The position numbers were made by a program, and so were the translations under genes. From Nitrospirota bacterium (GTDB taxonomy: Bacteria; Nitrospirota; Nitrospiria; SBBL01; JAADHI01): a stretch of 64,000 nt of DNA. Positions 55,533-64,000 of the stretch are shown piece by piece. The first letter of the stretch is position 1. Each line of letters begins with the position of its first letter. The notes under the pieces were generated by a model. That model was not told where the DNA came from. It ran no database searches and saw only the letters and a list, made by a program, of their open reading frames with translations. Location of the stretch: assembly GCA_029261135.1 (NCBI GenBank), contig JAJDBX010000006.1, positions 64,123-128,122 on the forward strand. The letters run 5' to 3'.

Positions 55533-56401
55533 ACCCCTCTCCTTTTCATCCCAGATCGTGAGTCTGTTCCTCCGTTCTGCGAAATATTTTCTTTTTTGTA
55601 ATAGCAAGCCTTCTTGGCTTCGACACGAACAAGAGAAGTTTTGATTCCCATGAATGCTTCCGATCCACCTAAAAACAGGCTCCCACCCAGATTAAGAAGG
55701 TCGAACAGTTTATTGATTACATTTTTCTTTGTTTTTAAATCAAAATAAATCAGGATATTTCTACAAAAAATAATATCACTTGTCCCTACAGACGATAGAT
55801 CTGCAAGCAGGTTTAATTTCCGGAATTGAACCATATTCCTAATTTCGGAGCTAATTTTCCAAGCAAGACCCTCTTTAGAAAAATAACGAAGCAGTTGCGG
55901 TGCAGACAGTCCACGTTGGACTTCGTGTTGAGAATAGACCCCCAGCCGGGCTTGGCTTAGTACAGGCTCTGAAATGTCCGTGGCCAAGATTTGAATATCC
56001 CAGTCTTTTAACTTTACCCCGATCTCTTTTAAATGGATTCCTATAGAATAAGGTTCTTGACCCGTCGAGCATGCAGCGCACCATATGCGAATTTTTTTAG
56101 TTTTTTCGTTACTTTGTATCAGTCTTGGAATAATCTCATCTCGTAATATCTCAAAATGAGATTTATCGCGGAAAAACGAGGTTTCATTCGTGGTCATTGC
56201 ATCCACAACTGTTTGGCGAAGTAGAGCATCATTCCTTTCCATGAGTTTCTTCCCCAGTGCATCAATTGAAGCGAATCCCTCCTGAGCGGCAACCGGCTCA
56301 AGCCGTGTTTCAATCAGATAGCGTTTAGATTCATCAAGAAGCAAGCCGCTTTCTTGATAGAGCAAACTGAAGAAAAATTGTAGTATGTCGTTCGATACCA
56401 T
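55520..56401 (-). CDS. cheR: chemotaxis protein methyltransferase CheR
   Basis: NETSFFRD, IWCAACSTGQEPYSI, DIIFCRNILIYFD. Confidence 0.92.
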   Translation of the reverse strand: MVSNDILQFFFSLLYQESGLLLDESKRYLIETRLEPVAAQEGFASIDALGKKLMERNDALLRQTVVDAMTTNETSFFRDKSHFEILRDEIIPRLIQSNEKTKKIRIWCAACSTGQEPYSIGIHLKEIGVKLKDWDIQILATDISEPVLSQARLGVYSQHEVQRGLSAPQLLRYFSKEGLAWKISSEIRNMVQFRKLNLLADLSSVGTSDIIFCRNILIYFDLKTKKNVINKLFDLLNLGGSLFLGGSEAFMGIKTSLVRVEAKKACYYKKENISQNGGTDSRSGMKRRGVCQT

Positions 56402-56421
56402 TCAGGTCACCACCTTCTATC

Positions 56422-57531
56422 CTAAGTCGAAATTGCTGCTTTTCGCATTACAGCTCCTTGAATGGCAGAAGCCATTTGATTCAATGGAAGCACTTCATTC
56501 GCCAGTCCTGCATTCACAACGGCTCCAGGCATACCCCATACCACACTTGAAGCTTGATCCTGGGCAATGACCTGGGATCCCTTTTTTTGCATGACTTCGA
56601 TTCCTTCCAAACCATCCTTCCCCATGCCTGTCATAATCACAGCTAAACAATTGCTTCCATAAACCTCTGCCACAGAATGAAAAAGAACATCGACAGCAGG
56701 TCGACAAGAGTTTTTAGGAGGATCTTGGTTCGTTGATAATAAAATTTTTCCTTTACAATCATTCACTTCCAAGTGGTAACCCCCTGGCGCGATATAAGCA
56801 ACCCCTGGCTCAAGGATCATCCCATCAGCTGCCTCTAGCACTTTGATATTGGCTGTTAAATTTAAACGTTCAGACAAGAGTTTTGTAAAAAGTTTTGGCA
56901 TATGCTGAACGATCACAATGGGGACTGGAAAGGATGAAGCAAATTCGGGGAGCAACTGGGTCAGTGCCTCCGGCCCGCCTGTCGAAATCCCAATTGCAAC
57001 AATTTTGACTATTCCCGGTCTAGACAAAGGCCTTGCCTTTGTTCGCATCGGTTTTGACGGATTCGGTGCTGTCGCTGAAACGCCCAATGTTGTAGATTTT
57101 CTTTTTCGGAATTGCTTGATCTTGGGGGTGAGCTCCTTTGCAACCTTTTTAACCCCTTCGCTATATCCCACGCTTGCACCTGATGTGGGTTTCGGAACAT
57201 AGTCATTCGCACCGAGAGATAAGGCCTTGATCGTTTGCCATGCCCCGCGTTCCGTTAATGTACTAAACATAATCGTCTTTACTCTGATGCGATCTTCACT
57301 AATTTTCTTTAGCACCCCGAAACCATCGCAGATCGGCATTTCGATATCGAGCACCATCACTTCTGGCTTTAATTCTTTAAGCTTCTCCAATGCGATTTTT
57401 CCATTTTCCGCCACTCCGACAATTTCGATTTCAGGATCTGAACGCAATGCATCATTGACCGCTTTACGCACAATGACAGAGTCATCCACAATCAAAACCC
57501 TTACGGGTGGCACACCCTCTAAATTAGACAT
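56422..57531 (-). CDS. cheB: protein-glutamate methylesterase/deamidase CheB (REC + methylesterase)
   Basis: VLIVDDS, VLDIEMP, IGISTGGPEAL, GMGKDG, VVWGMP. Confidence 0.92.
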   Translation of the reverse strand: MSNLEGVPPVRVLIVDDSVIVRKAVNDALRSDPEIEIVGVAENGKIALEKLKELKPEVMVLDIEMPICDGFGVLKKISEDRIRVKTIMFSTLTERGAWQTIKALSLGANDYVPKPTSGASVGYSEGVKKVAKELTPKIKQFRKRKSTTLGVSATAPNPSKPMRTKARPLSRPGIVKIVAIGISTGGPEALTQLLPEFASSFPVPIVIVQHMPKLFTKLLSERLNLTANIKVLEAADGMILEPGVAYIAPGGYHLEVNDCKGKILLSTNQDPPKNSCRPAVDVLFHSVAEVYGSNCLAVIMTGMGKDGLEGIEVMQKKGSQVIAQDQASSVVWGMPGAVVNAGLANEVLPLNQMASAIQGAVMRKAAIST

Positions 57532-57907
57532 GACTCTCCTTCTCTATTCCTAGAATAGACAATTTTCCTTCTAAGATCTCCTTTGTAAATGGCATCATAA
57601 TGTATTCGTCAGCCCCCTTCTCCATGGCCATTTCAATCTTGTTCACCTCATTTTCAGTGGTGACCACCATAATTTTGGGGGAGTAACTGAGTTTATTCTG
57701 AGAGCATAACCAATCCAGTAGCTCAATCCCATTCATCTCAGGCATATTCCAATCAAGGATCACGAGCTTGATATCTGTATTATTTTCTAGTTTAGAAATA
57801 GCCTCTTTACCATGACAGGTTTCAATCGTCCTTATCCCCATTTCGTCTAACATCTTTTTCAGCACATCCCGTATTGCTGAATTATCGTCGACAATTAACA
57901 CCTTCAT
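57524..57907 (-). CDS. single-domain CheY-like response regulator
   Basis: KVLIVDDNSAIR, ILDWNMPEMNG, VTTE, YIMMPF. Confidence 0.85.
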   Translation of the reverse strand: MKVLIVDDNSAIRDVLKKMLDEMGIRTIETCHGKEAISKLENNTDIKLVILDWNMPEMNGIELLDWLCSQNKLSYSPKIMVVTTENEVNKIEMAMEKGADEYIMMPFTKEILEGKLSILGIEKESHV

Positions 57908-57939
57908 TTCATGACTCCTTTATTTATTAACAACTTAAA

Positions 57940-58419
57940 TCAAATCACTTGAATGATCCGTTCAGTAGATAAAGCCAACAATAGTTGGTCTTCTAGTTTA
58001 TAAACGCCTTCAAGCGTCTCACTGAGTTGGGGATCTAATGTTGTGGGTGGTGATTCAAAAAGCTCTGGTAAGACGTGGATGACATCGCCGATTTGATCGA
58101 CTAACATATTCACTAAGCCTTCAGAAGTGCGAACAACAATGCTCATCGGCTTCTCTTCTTCAGCCCGGGCTTTAAAACCGAGGCGTTTCCTCAAATCAAT
58201 GGTCATGATAATATGTCCACGAAGATTAATTAAGCCCGAAATGGTCTGCGGCGCTAAAGGAACTGCAGTCATGGGTTTTGCTTTAAAGACTTCTTGAACC
58301 GTATCGACTTCTACCCCGAGAAAATGATCTGCCAGGTAGAATGTGGCATACTGTCGCTTGGTTTCAAGACGTGGGTCTTGCACTGAAGTCCCGTTTTCAT
58401 CACTTGTGTCCGACATCAT
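57940..58419 (-). CDS. cheW: chemotaxis coupling protein CheW
   Basis: SD GGAGGGG precedes ATG 58419. YATFYLADHFLGVEVDTVQEV...INLRGHIIMTIDLR. Confidence 0.88.
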   Translation of the reverse strand: MMSDTSDENGTSVQDPRLETKRQYATFYLADHFLGVEVDTVQEVFKAKPMTAVPLAPQTISGLINLRGHIIMTIDLRKRLGFKARAEEEKPMSIVVRTSEGLVNMLVDQIGDVIHVLPELFESPPTTLDPQLSETLEGVYKLEDQLLLALSTERIIQVI

Positions 58420-58508
58420 ATCTCCCCTCCTTTTTATGACCTTCTTTATCATTCACCTGAGGACAGTCAGTTTCCAAAAATTTAAAAAAGTAAAATCTCC
58501 CGTGAGTA

Positions 58509-60899
58509 CTAAACAGTAACTTCATCCATCCATCCAGGAACGACAGTATCAATGAACTGATCAATATCAAGTAGTTCGGTTGAGATGCCATCAATCACCA
58601 GCGATCCTTTAATCCCAGTTTTTTTCATTGGAGACAAATGGAGATGCATCTCTGAGGTCACAATATCTATGATTTTCCCAACGACCACACCAATACTGTG
58701 TTCATTTCGGGTAAAAACTATCACAGGAATCCGGTCATTTTCTGTTTCTGCGGTCACCACTCCGATCGCATCTCCTAAACGAACCAAAGTCAGCAACTCA
58801 TCCCGATACTGAATCACATCCTGACCCGAAGCCTGTTCAATTTTAGTGACATCAAATTCTTCTAAACGTGCAATTTCAGCAAGAGGAACAGCATAGCGAT
58901 CTTCACTGCTCACCGAAAATAGAACCATGGATACAATGGTTGTGTCAGATTCATGCCAAATATCATCTTCAGACCTCATACCAAGATTTTCATGGGCGGC
59001 TCCCGAAAGCCCGCCTGCTTCCGCAATTCCCATGACATCCAAAATTAAGGCAACACGCCCATCTCCTAATATTGTTGCGCCGGCCAAATAAGAAAGTCCG
59101 CTTAACTGTTTATTTAATGGTTTTACGACGATTTCTTCGGTATCACTGATCAAATCAACAATGAGGCCAAATGAATTTCTCCCAGCCTTTAAAACCATGA
59201 TATTTGTCCCTTTTGAATGGATATCTTCGTCTTCTAATATTTCGTCTTCCAAACCCAGTAGCGTATTTATTGAAAGAATGGGAAGAAGAACCCCTCTTAA
59301 TCGGTAGAAATTTGAACCTCGAACCATCTCTATATGTTGAAGGCTTTCATTATCCAATCGCACGAGTTCAATCAGGCTTGCCTGGGGAATCGCAAAAGGT
59401 GCGCCCCCTGATGAAACCATCAAGGCAGGGATGATCGCCACGGTCAATGGAATCTCCACGTTCATCTGTGTGCCCTTCCCGAGTCGACTCGACATTCTGA
59501 CTGTTCCGCCTATTTTTTCAATATTTGTTTTTACGACATCCATCCCCACACCGCGACCCGAAACATTGGTGACTTTTTCTGCAGTTGAAAGTCCAGGGTG
59601 AAAAATTAAATTTAAAGCATCAACTTGTGACATTTTTTCAGCAATTTCTTCCGTAATGAGGCCTTTACTCAGGGCTTTCGTTTTCACTCTTTCAACGTCA
59701 ATTCCACCCCCGTCGTCCGAGATTTCGATATTAATCCGCCCCCCTTCGTGATAAGCCTTTAAAAATAGTGTGCCCTTTTCAGGTTTACCGCGCTCTTTCC
59801 TTGATTCTGGAAGCTCGATCCCATGATCAATCGCATTTCGAATAATGTGCGTCATTGGGTCTTTAATCGCTTCAAGCAAAGTCTTATCCAGTTCTGTTTC
59901 AGCCCCCTCCATCACAAGATCAATCTCTTTCCCTGATGACTTTGCCAAATCGCGGACAACCCGAGGAAATTTATCCCAAATTTTTTTAATCGGCTGCATT
60001 CGCGTTTTCATCACCGTGTCTTGAAGTTCCGTTGTAATATGGTCGATTTGCTGTACCGTTCCATTATTTGTGCTATTTACAGTCCCATTATTTGTGCTAT
60101 TTGAGGCATCGTCCTCCCTCGACCGGACTTGTTGCAGCAGTTGATTCCGGGCTAAAACCAGCTCGCCCACCATATTGATTAATTTATCCAAGAGACCGAC
60201 ATCGACACGGATGCTTGATTCAGCCAGCGCCGGTTTCTTTTTATCGCTTGCAGCACTCACAGGTGCATCTACTTTTTCATTGTCTGGATCTGGAGAAACT
60301 GGCTCGGCGACAGGTTCAGGACTTGTATTAAACGCGGGGGCATTTAAAAACTCCTCTTCCAAGCTCTCTATCACAGCAGAGGGTTCTGGAGCTATCGTCT
60401 CTGTCTCATGACTGTCTTTTTCTGGTATTTCCTCAATATCAAGACCTTCCATCATGGCTTCAAGGGCGACAGCTTCCGATTCTGTTGTCGTATCACCTTT
60501 GCTTTCTGTTGCAGCTCCAGACAGGAAAACATCAAGACTTTGGCGCATGGCATCATAACTTTTATCCGGCTCACTGCCCGTTTCTTCAATGTGATGTACG
60601 ATTTCTTTGATGGCATCAACGGCTTCAAGTAAGATTGTGATCCCATCTGAAGTCACTGCCATATCACCATCTCGCATTGCAGAAAGGATATTTTCGGCCC
60701 CGTGGGCCACATTCTCTAATTTGGGTAAACCTAAGAATCCACAAGTGCCTTTAATGGTATGTATATTTCGAAAGATACTTCCCAAGAGATTGGGATCATC
60801 AGTATTTTTCTCTAGCTCAACAAATTCTTGATCAAGCTGTTCAATGCCTTCTGAACATTCCACAAGAAATTCATTTAAAATATCATCTTCATCTTCCAT
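58509..60899 (-). CDS. cheA: chemotaxis histidine kinase CheA with two C-terminal CheW-like domains
   Basis: Hpt FRNIHTIKGTCG, the HATPase blocks HIIRNAIDHG, DDGGGID and GRGVGMD, then two CheW-like segments. Confidence 0.93.
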   Translation of the reverse strand: MEDEDDILNEFLVECSEGIEQLDQEFVELEKNTDDPNLLGSIFRNIHTIKGTCGFLGLPKLENVAHGAENILSAMRDGDMAVTSDGITILLEAVDAIKEIVHHIEETGSEPDKSYDAMRQSLDVFLSGAATESKGDTTTESEAVALEAMMEGLDIEEIPEKDSHETETIAPEPSAVIESLEEEFLNAPAFNTSPEPVAEPVSPDPDNEKVDAPVSAASDKKKPALAESSIRVDVGLLDKLINMVGELVLARNQLLQQVRSREDDASNSTNNGTVNSTNNGTVQQIDHITTELQDTVMKTRMQPIKKIWDKFPRVVRDLAKSSGKEIDLVMEGAETELDKTLLEAIKDPMTHIIRNAIDHGIELPESRKERGKPEKGTLFLKAYHEGGRINIEISDDGGGIDVERVKTKALSKGLITEEIAEKMSQVDALNLIFHPGLSTAEKVTNVSGRGVGMDVVKTNIEKIGGTVRMSSRLGKGTQMNVEIPLTVAIIPALMVSSGGAPFAIPQASLIELVRLDNESLQHIEMVRGSNFYRLRGVLLPILSINTLLGLEDEILEDEDIHSKGTNIMVLKAGRNSFGLIVDLISDTEEIVVKPLNKQLSGLSYLAGATILGDGRVALILDVMGIAEAGGLSGAAHENLGMRSEDDIWHESDTTIVSMVLFSVSSEDRYAVPLAEIARLEEFDVTKIEQASGQDVIQYRDELLTLVRLGDAIGVVTAETENDRIPVIVFTRNEHSIGVVVGKIIDIVTSEMHLHLSPMKKTGIKGSLVIDGISTELLDIDQFIDTVVPGWMDEVTV

Positions 60900-60991
60900 C
60901 GAATTCCTCTTTTTTTAGATTACAATAAAAGATCAATTCATCCCCTTCCTAAGCACTGAAAAAAGTGATCGGGAAACCGAATACAAGCACT

Positions 60992-62353
60992 TTAATTTGA
61001 TAATAAATACTCCAACTCAATCACCTTACCTTGATTAAAATATTGCATATTTTGGGTTAAGGTATAGACAAGAGCCATTCCTTTGCCATGCAAGTTAACG
61101 ATGTCCGAATCATCGGTTTTTTCAAGATCCCGAAAAAGCGCGATAAAATCGAATCCTTCGCCACTATCTTCCATTCTAATTTTCATGATATCCCCTTCTA
61201 AATCGAGCATGCGTTCGAGCTTAATCTCAATGCTCCCCTTCTCTAAATTATTGATCCGTTGACTTCTTTGCTCTAAATACTCATCAAAACCTGAAGAAGA
61301 TGACTTTAAACTCGAATCTAATCGGAGCAGGCCATGATCAAGTGCATTGGTATACAACTCCGATATGATCAGAAACAGGCGTTGCGTATCTTTCTGGTCA
61401 ATGCCAACTTGCTTCAACCAAGCCAGCATCACGGGCAGCACGTCGATATTTTTCATATCGGTCTCATTTAAGTGAAGTGATACCTTCCAAGTACTTGGGG
61501 CATACGCTTTTTCTTGATTCTGTAGCTCTTTTTTTTCTGTTTTGGGAAGAAGTTCAGGATCACAGTTAATTGAAATAAGAGAGATGTCATCTCCTGCTTC
61601 CTCTTCGCTAATATGATCGATGACTGCGGTTTTTAAGTCTCTAAAACGTTCATCTGGAGATGAACCTAAAAGGACTTGATGCATTCTTTCCGTTCCAAAT
61701 ATTTCGTCTTCTCCATTCTTCGCAGTCGTCAAGCCATCCGTAAACATCAAAAACTGACCGGGGTGCTCCCATTGAAAACTCTCCACGGTATCATCAAAAT
61801 CTTGACTCGAAAGAATACCCAAGGGAAGATGCTGTGATTTCCAAATTTTCAAGTATTCCCCTTCTTTATTCAGGAAAAAGGGAGCGGGGCTACCCCCATT
61901 CCAAACTTCAACTTTTTTTGAAGCCCAATTAATTGAAGCCAGTAATGCAGTAACAAATCGGTCTTTCGGTAAAAGCTGCACCATTTTTTGATTCAATTCT
62001 TTGGCAATACTTGGGATTGGAGAACCTTTTGAGGCCATCGCATAAAAAACGTCAGTAATCGGCATCATACAAATCGCCGTCCCGAGGCCATGCCCACTCC
62101 CATCCGCCAAAATCATATTTAAGCGGCCACCTGCGGTCATTTCTGCCGCAAAGATATCGCCCGAAAACTCTGCAGCAGGTAAGATCCATTGCTCTAGTTG
62201 CTCTCCATCCAGCTTAACGGGCCGAACCACATTTCTCATGACATAACGAGACAGGCTCACCTCAGGATCAAGGCTCTTTTGATCCATAAGAGATAATTGG
62301 GTTATTTGTTCTGTTTCCGGACTCATTTCATTTCCTTCGGAATCCATATCCAT
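60992..62353 (-). CDS. bifunctional partner-switching protein: PP2C/SpoIIE-type phosphatase fused to an RsbW/SpoIIAB-like HATPase (anti-sigma kinase) domain
   Basis: PP2C blocks ILADGSGHGLGTAI, MFTDGLTTA, GDDISLISI. Kinase blocks ELYTNALDHG (N-box) and EDSGEGFD (G1). No receiver domain precedes them. Confidence 0.8.
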   Translation of the reverse strand: MDMDSEGNEMSPETEQITQLSLMDQKSLDPEVSLSRYVMRNVVRPVKLDGEQLEQWILPAAEFSGDIFAAEMTAGGRLNMILADGSGHGLGTAICMMPITDVFYAMASKGSPIPSIAKELNQKMVQLLPKDRFVTALLASINWASKKVEVWNGGSPAPFFLNKEGEYLKIWKSQHLPLGILSSQDFDDTVESFQWEHPGQFLMFTDGLTTAKNGEDEIFGTERMHQVLLGSSPDERFRDLKTAVIDHISEEEAGDDISLISINCDPELLPKTEKKELQNQEKAYAPSTWKVSLHLNETDMKNIDVLPVMLAWLKQVGIDQKDTQRLFLIISELYTNALDHGLLRLDSSLKSSSSGFDEYLEQRSQRINNLEKGSIEIKLERMLDLEGDIMKIRMEDSGEGFDFIALFRDLEKTDDSDIVNLHGKGMALVYTLTQNMQYFNQGKVIELEYLLSN

Positions 62354-62356
62354 CGA

Positions 62357-62668
62357 TTACCTAATGGTAAATAATTTCCCGAAATTGACGATGTCCAAAA
62401 TCTCTCGAACAGTATCCTGACAATTGATCAGTTCAATCCTTTTGTTTTCCTTATCACCATAATCTTTCAACAAAAGAAGCATTCCCAGCGCAGAGCTGTC
62501 CATATATTCCACACCAGAGAAGTCTAGAACAACATAGCTAGTGACAGTATTGTCTAAACCATTCTGATAGGCTTTTCGGAAGATTTGATTTGCATTAAAA
62601 TCAAATCGACCTGATAAGTGAAGTTCCAAAGTTCCATTCGTATTTTTTGTATTTACAGAAAATGACAT
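62357..62668 (-). CDS. STAS-domain anti-sigma-factor antagonist (SpoIIAA/RsbV-like)
   Basis: 103 aa. LDFSGVEYMDSSALGMLLLL carries the phosphorylatable Ser context. Confidence 0.85.
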   Translation of the reverse strand: MSFSVNTKNTNGTLELHLSGRFDFNANQIFRKAYQNGLDNTVTSYVVLDFSGVEYMDSSALGMLLLLKDYGDKENKRIELINCQDTVREILDIVNFGKLFTIR

Positions 62669-62709
62669 TTTTCCCTCCTTTCTATTATAAAACCACCCTA
62701 TCTCATCTA

Positions 62710-63756
62710 TTACTTTGGTAAGTGCTTAAAAATACTTGAAGGAATATCGTGTAAAGGGGTGACTTCATCTGTTCCTCCCTTTTCAATCGCAACCCGAGGC
62801 ATGCCAAAGACCACAGATGTTTTTTCGTCTTGGGCGATGTTGTAGGCCCCTCTTTTTTTCATTTCCAGCATACCTTCGGCACCGTCACCTCCCATCCCCG
62901 TTAAAATGACGCCGATCACATTTTTGCCTGCATATTCAGCGACCGATCGAAAAAGGACATCCACAGCAGGACGATGCCGATTCACCGGCTCATTCTGATT
63001 CAGTTTAATATGATATCGTGCACCACTTCTCGCAAGCTCCATGTGATAATTACCTGGGGCAATCAGGGCACGCCCCGCAATCACACTGTCCCCATCTTCC
63101 CCCTCTTTAACGGTGATTTTACATTCTTTATTCAGGCGATCTGAGAAAGTCTTTGTAAACTTTTCAGGCATATGCTGTGTAATCAAAATGGGGGGGGTAT
63201 TGGGGGGTAAGTTGAGGAGCAAATCACGAATGGCTTCTGTCCCGCCTGTAGACGCACCGATGGCAATAATCGTATCGGTTGTCTTGCTCATTGCAGATGA
63301 GGACAAACCCTTAAACGCTTTGCTGTTGGACACATTTCTTTTTCTTGGGACGATATTTGCTTTCGCTGCAGCCTTCACTTTTTCGATTAATAGTTCGGCT
63401 TCCGAACCAATCCCCTGCTCCATATCAAATTGTGGCTTGGTGAAAAAATCAATCGCCCCCAATTCAAGCGCACGCATGGTCGTTTCACAGCCCACTTCGG
63501 TCAGTGAGCTGACCATCAGCACCGGCATGGGATGACCCGCCATCAGTTTTTCAAGAAAAGTCAAACCATCCATTCGCGGCATCTCAACATCCAGTGTCAA
63601 GACATCCGGGTCTAAGGTTTTAATTTTATCCCGGGCCATGTAGGGATCACTCGCGGTTCCGATCACCTCTATTTCAGGATCTGACGAGAGTATAGCCGTT
63701 AACAATTTTCGAATTAAGGCAGAGTCATCAACGATAAGCACTCGAATTTTATTCAT
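62710..63756 (-). CDS. cheB: second CheB methylesterase (REC + methylesterase)
   Basis: RVLIVDDSALIRK, LDVEMPRMDG, IGASTGGTEA, GMGGDG, VVFGMP. Confidence 0.92.
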   Translation of the reverse strand: MNKIRVLIVDDSALIRKLLTAILSSDPEIEVIGTASDPYMARDKIKTLDPDVLTLDVEMPRMDGLTFLEKLMAGHPMPVLMVSSLTEVGCETTMRALELGAIDFFTKPQFDMEQGIGSEAELLIEKVKAAAKANIVPRKRNVSNSKAFKGLSSSAMSKTTDTIIAIGASTGGTEAIRDLLLNLPPNTPPILITQHMPEKFTKTFSDRLNKECKITVKEGEDGDSVIAGRALIAPGNYHMELARSGARYHIKLNQNEPVNRHRPAVDVLFRSVAEYAGKNVIGVILTGMGGDGAEGMLEMKKRGAYNIAQDEKTSVVFGMPRVAIEKGGTDEVTPLHDIPSSIFKHLPK

Positions 63757-63817
63757 TCAGTTTCAAACCTCCCCTAACATCGTCTTAAAAGGGAGATGTT
63801 TTTCGTTCAATTCGAGG

Positions 63818-64000
63818 TTAAAACAAGATGACATCATCGTCCCTTTCTTTCTTCTCAATTAATGATTTCTTATATTCCTCTTCACGAACAAGAATAGTTT
63901 TATTTCTCATTCTCATGATCTTTTTCATCAAAATACGTCCTGTTTCTGTGTAGTAATAAATCTTTCGAGGATAAATATCCCCGACATCACGCTTTACAAT
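63818..64000 (-). CDS. cheD: second CheD, C-terminal 60 codons (5' part lies beyond the window end)
   Basis: Reverse translation gives IVKRDVGDIYPRKIYYYTETGRILMKKIMRMRNKTILVREEE...DDDVILF*. It is a paralogue of GDFYPRKVYYFTDSGQVLMKKINRIKNNTII in the 44.4-kb cheD. Confidence 0.75.
   Translation of the reverse strand: MVKRDVGDIYPRKIYYYTETGRILMKKIMRMRNKTILVREEEYKKSLIEKKERDDDVILF

Noticed and set aside
60055-60102. CRISPR-like or other repeat array
   Set aside because: There are only two adjacent 24-bp copies with no spacers, lying inside the cheA reading frame. I saw no CRISPR array anywhere in the window.

Overview
A 64-kb chromosomal segment of a Gram-negative (diderm) bacterium with moderate to low G+C; I cannot assign the lineage from sequence alone. 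Most genes lie on the minus strand.

Layout:
- 1-18.5 kb: an envelope and housekeeping block (zntB-like, plsY, pgsA, LpxL-type acyltransferase, kdsD, pyrG, kdsB, transaldolase, kdsC, kdsA). A 4.6-kb Tn3-family element with intact ends splits it at 10277-14873. That element has 38-bp IRs, a 5-bp AAAAT target duplication and a dead transposase, and carries metal-uptake cargo. A second Tn3-type scar lies at 1.1-1.45 kb.
- 19-23 kb: accessory genes, namely a membrane protein, a PEP-CTERM-like secreted protein, a dihaem cytochrome c and an FNR-like reductase.
- 23.2-29.3 kb: a visibly more G+C-rich type I R-M operon, hsdM-hsdS-(RhuM/Doc fusion)-hsdR. hsdR carries a 5' frameshift.
- 29.3-31.8 kb: two orphan gene modules separated by a three-copy direct-repeat family. 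One orphan is an aspzincin-like metalloprotease with an LQRxxGNQ-type leader.
- 31.9-44.2 kb: a patchwork holding an MCP, two IS scars, a cupredoxin/porin/mini-PBP operon, and a TonB-dependent receptor bracketed by a diverged ~408-bp direct repeat. A YfiR-like gene and a CHASE8-like-PAS-GGDEF-EAL sensor follow.
- 44.4-45.1 kb: cheD interrupted by an in-frame TAG.
- 45.3-51.1 kb: two small ORFs (Cys-rich CWC-type and a hypothetical), then ybbA/ybbP-like ABC genes, long-form dCTP deaminase and tesA.
- 51.2-64 kb: a motility and chemotaxis supercluster (motA, two motB-like, PilZ, cheZ-like, cheY, cheR, cheB, cheY-like, cheW, cheA). It also contains a STAS + PP2C-kinase partner-switching pair and a second cheB/cheD.

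I recognised no rRNA, tRNA or CRISPR array. All functional calls rest on motifs read by eye and on remembered family signatures. No database search was run.
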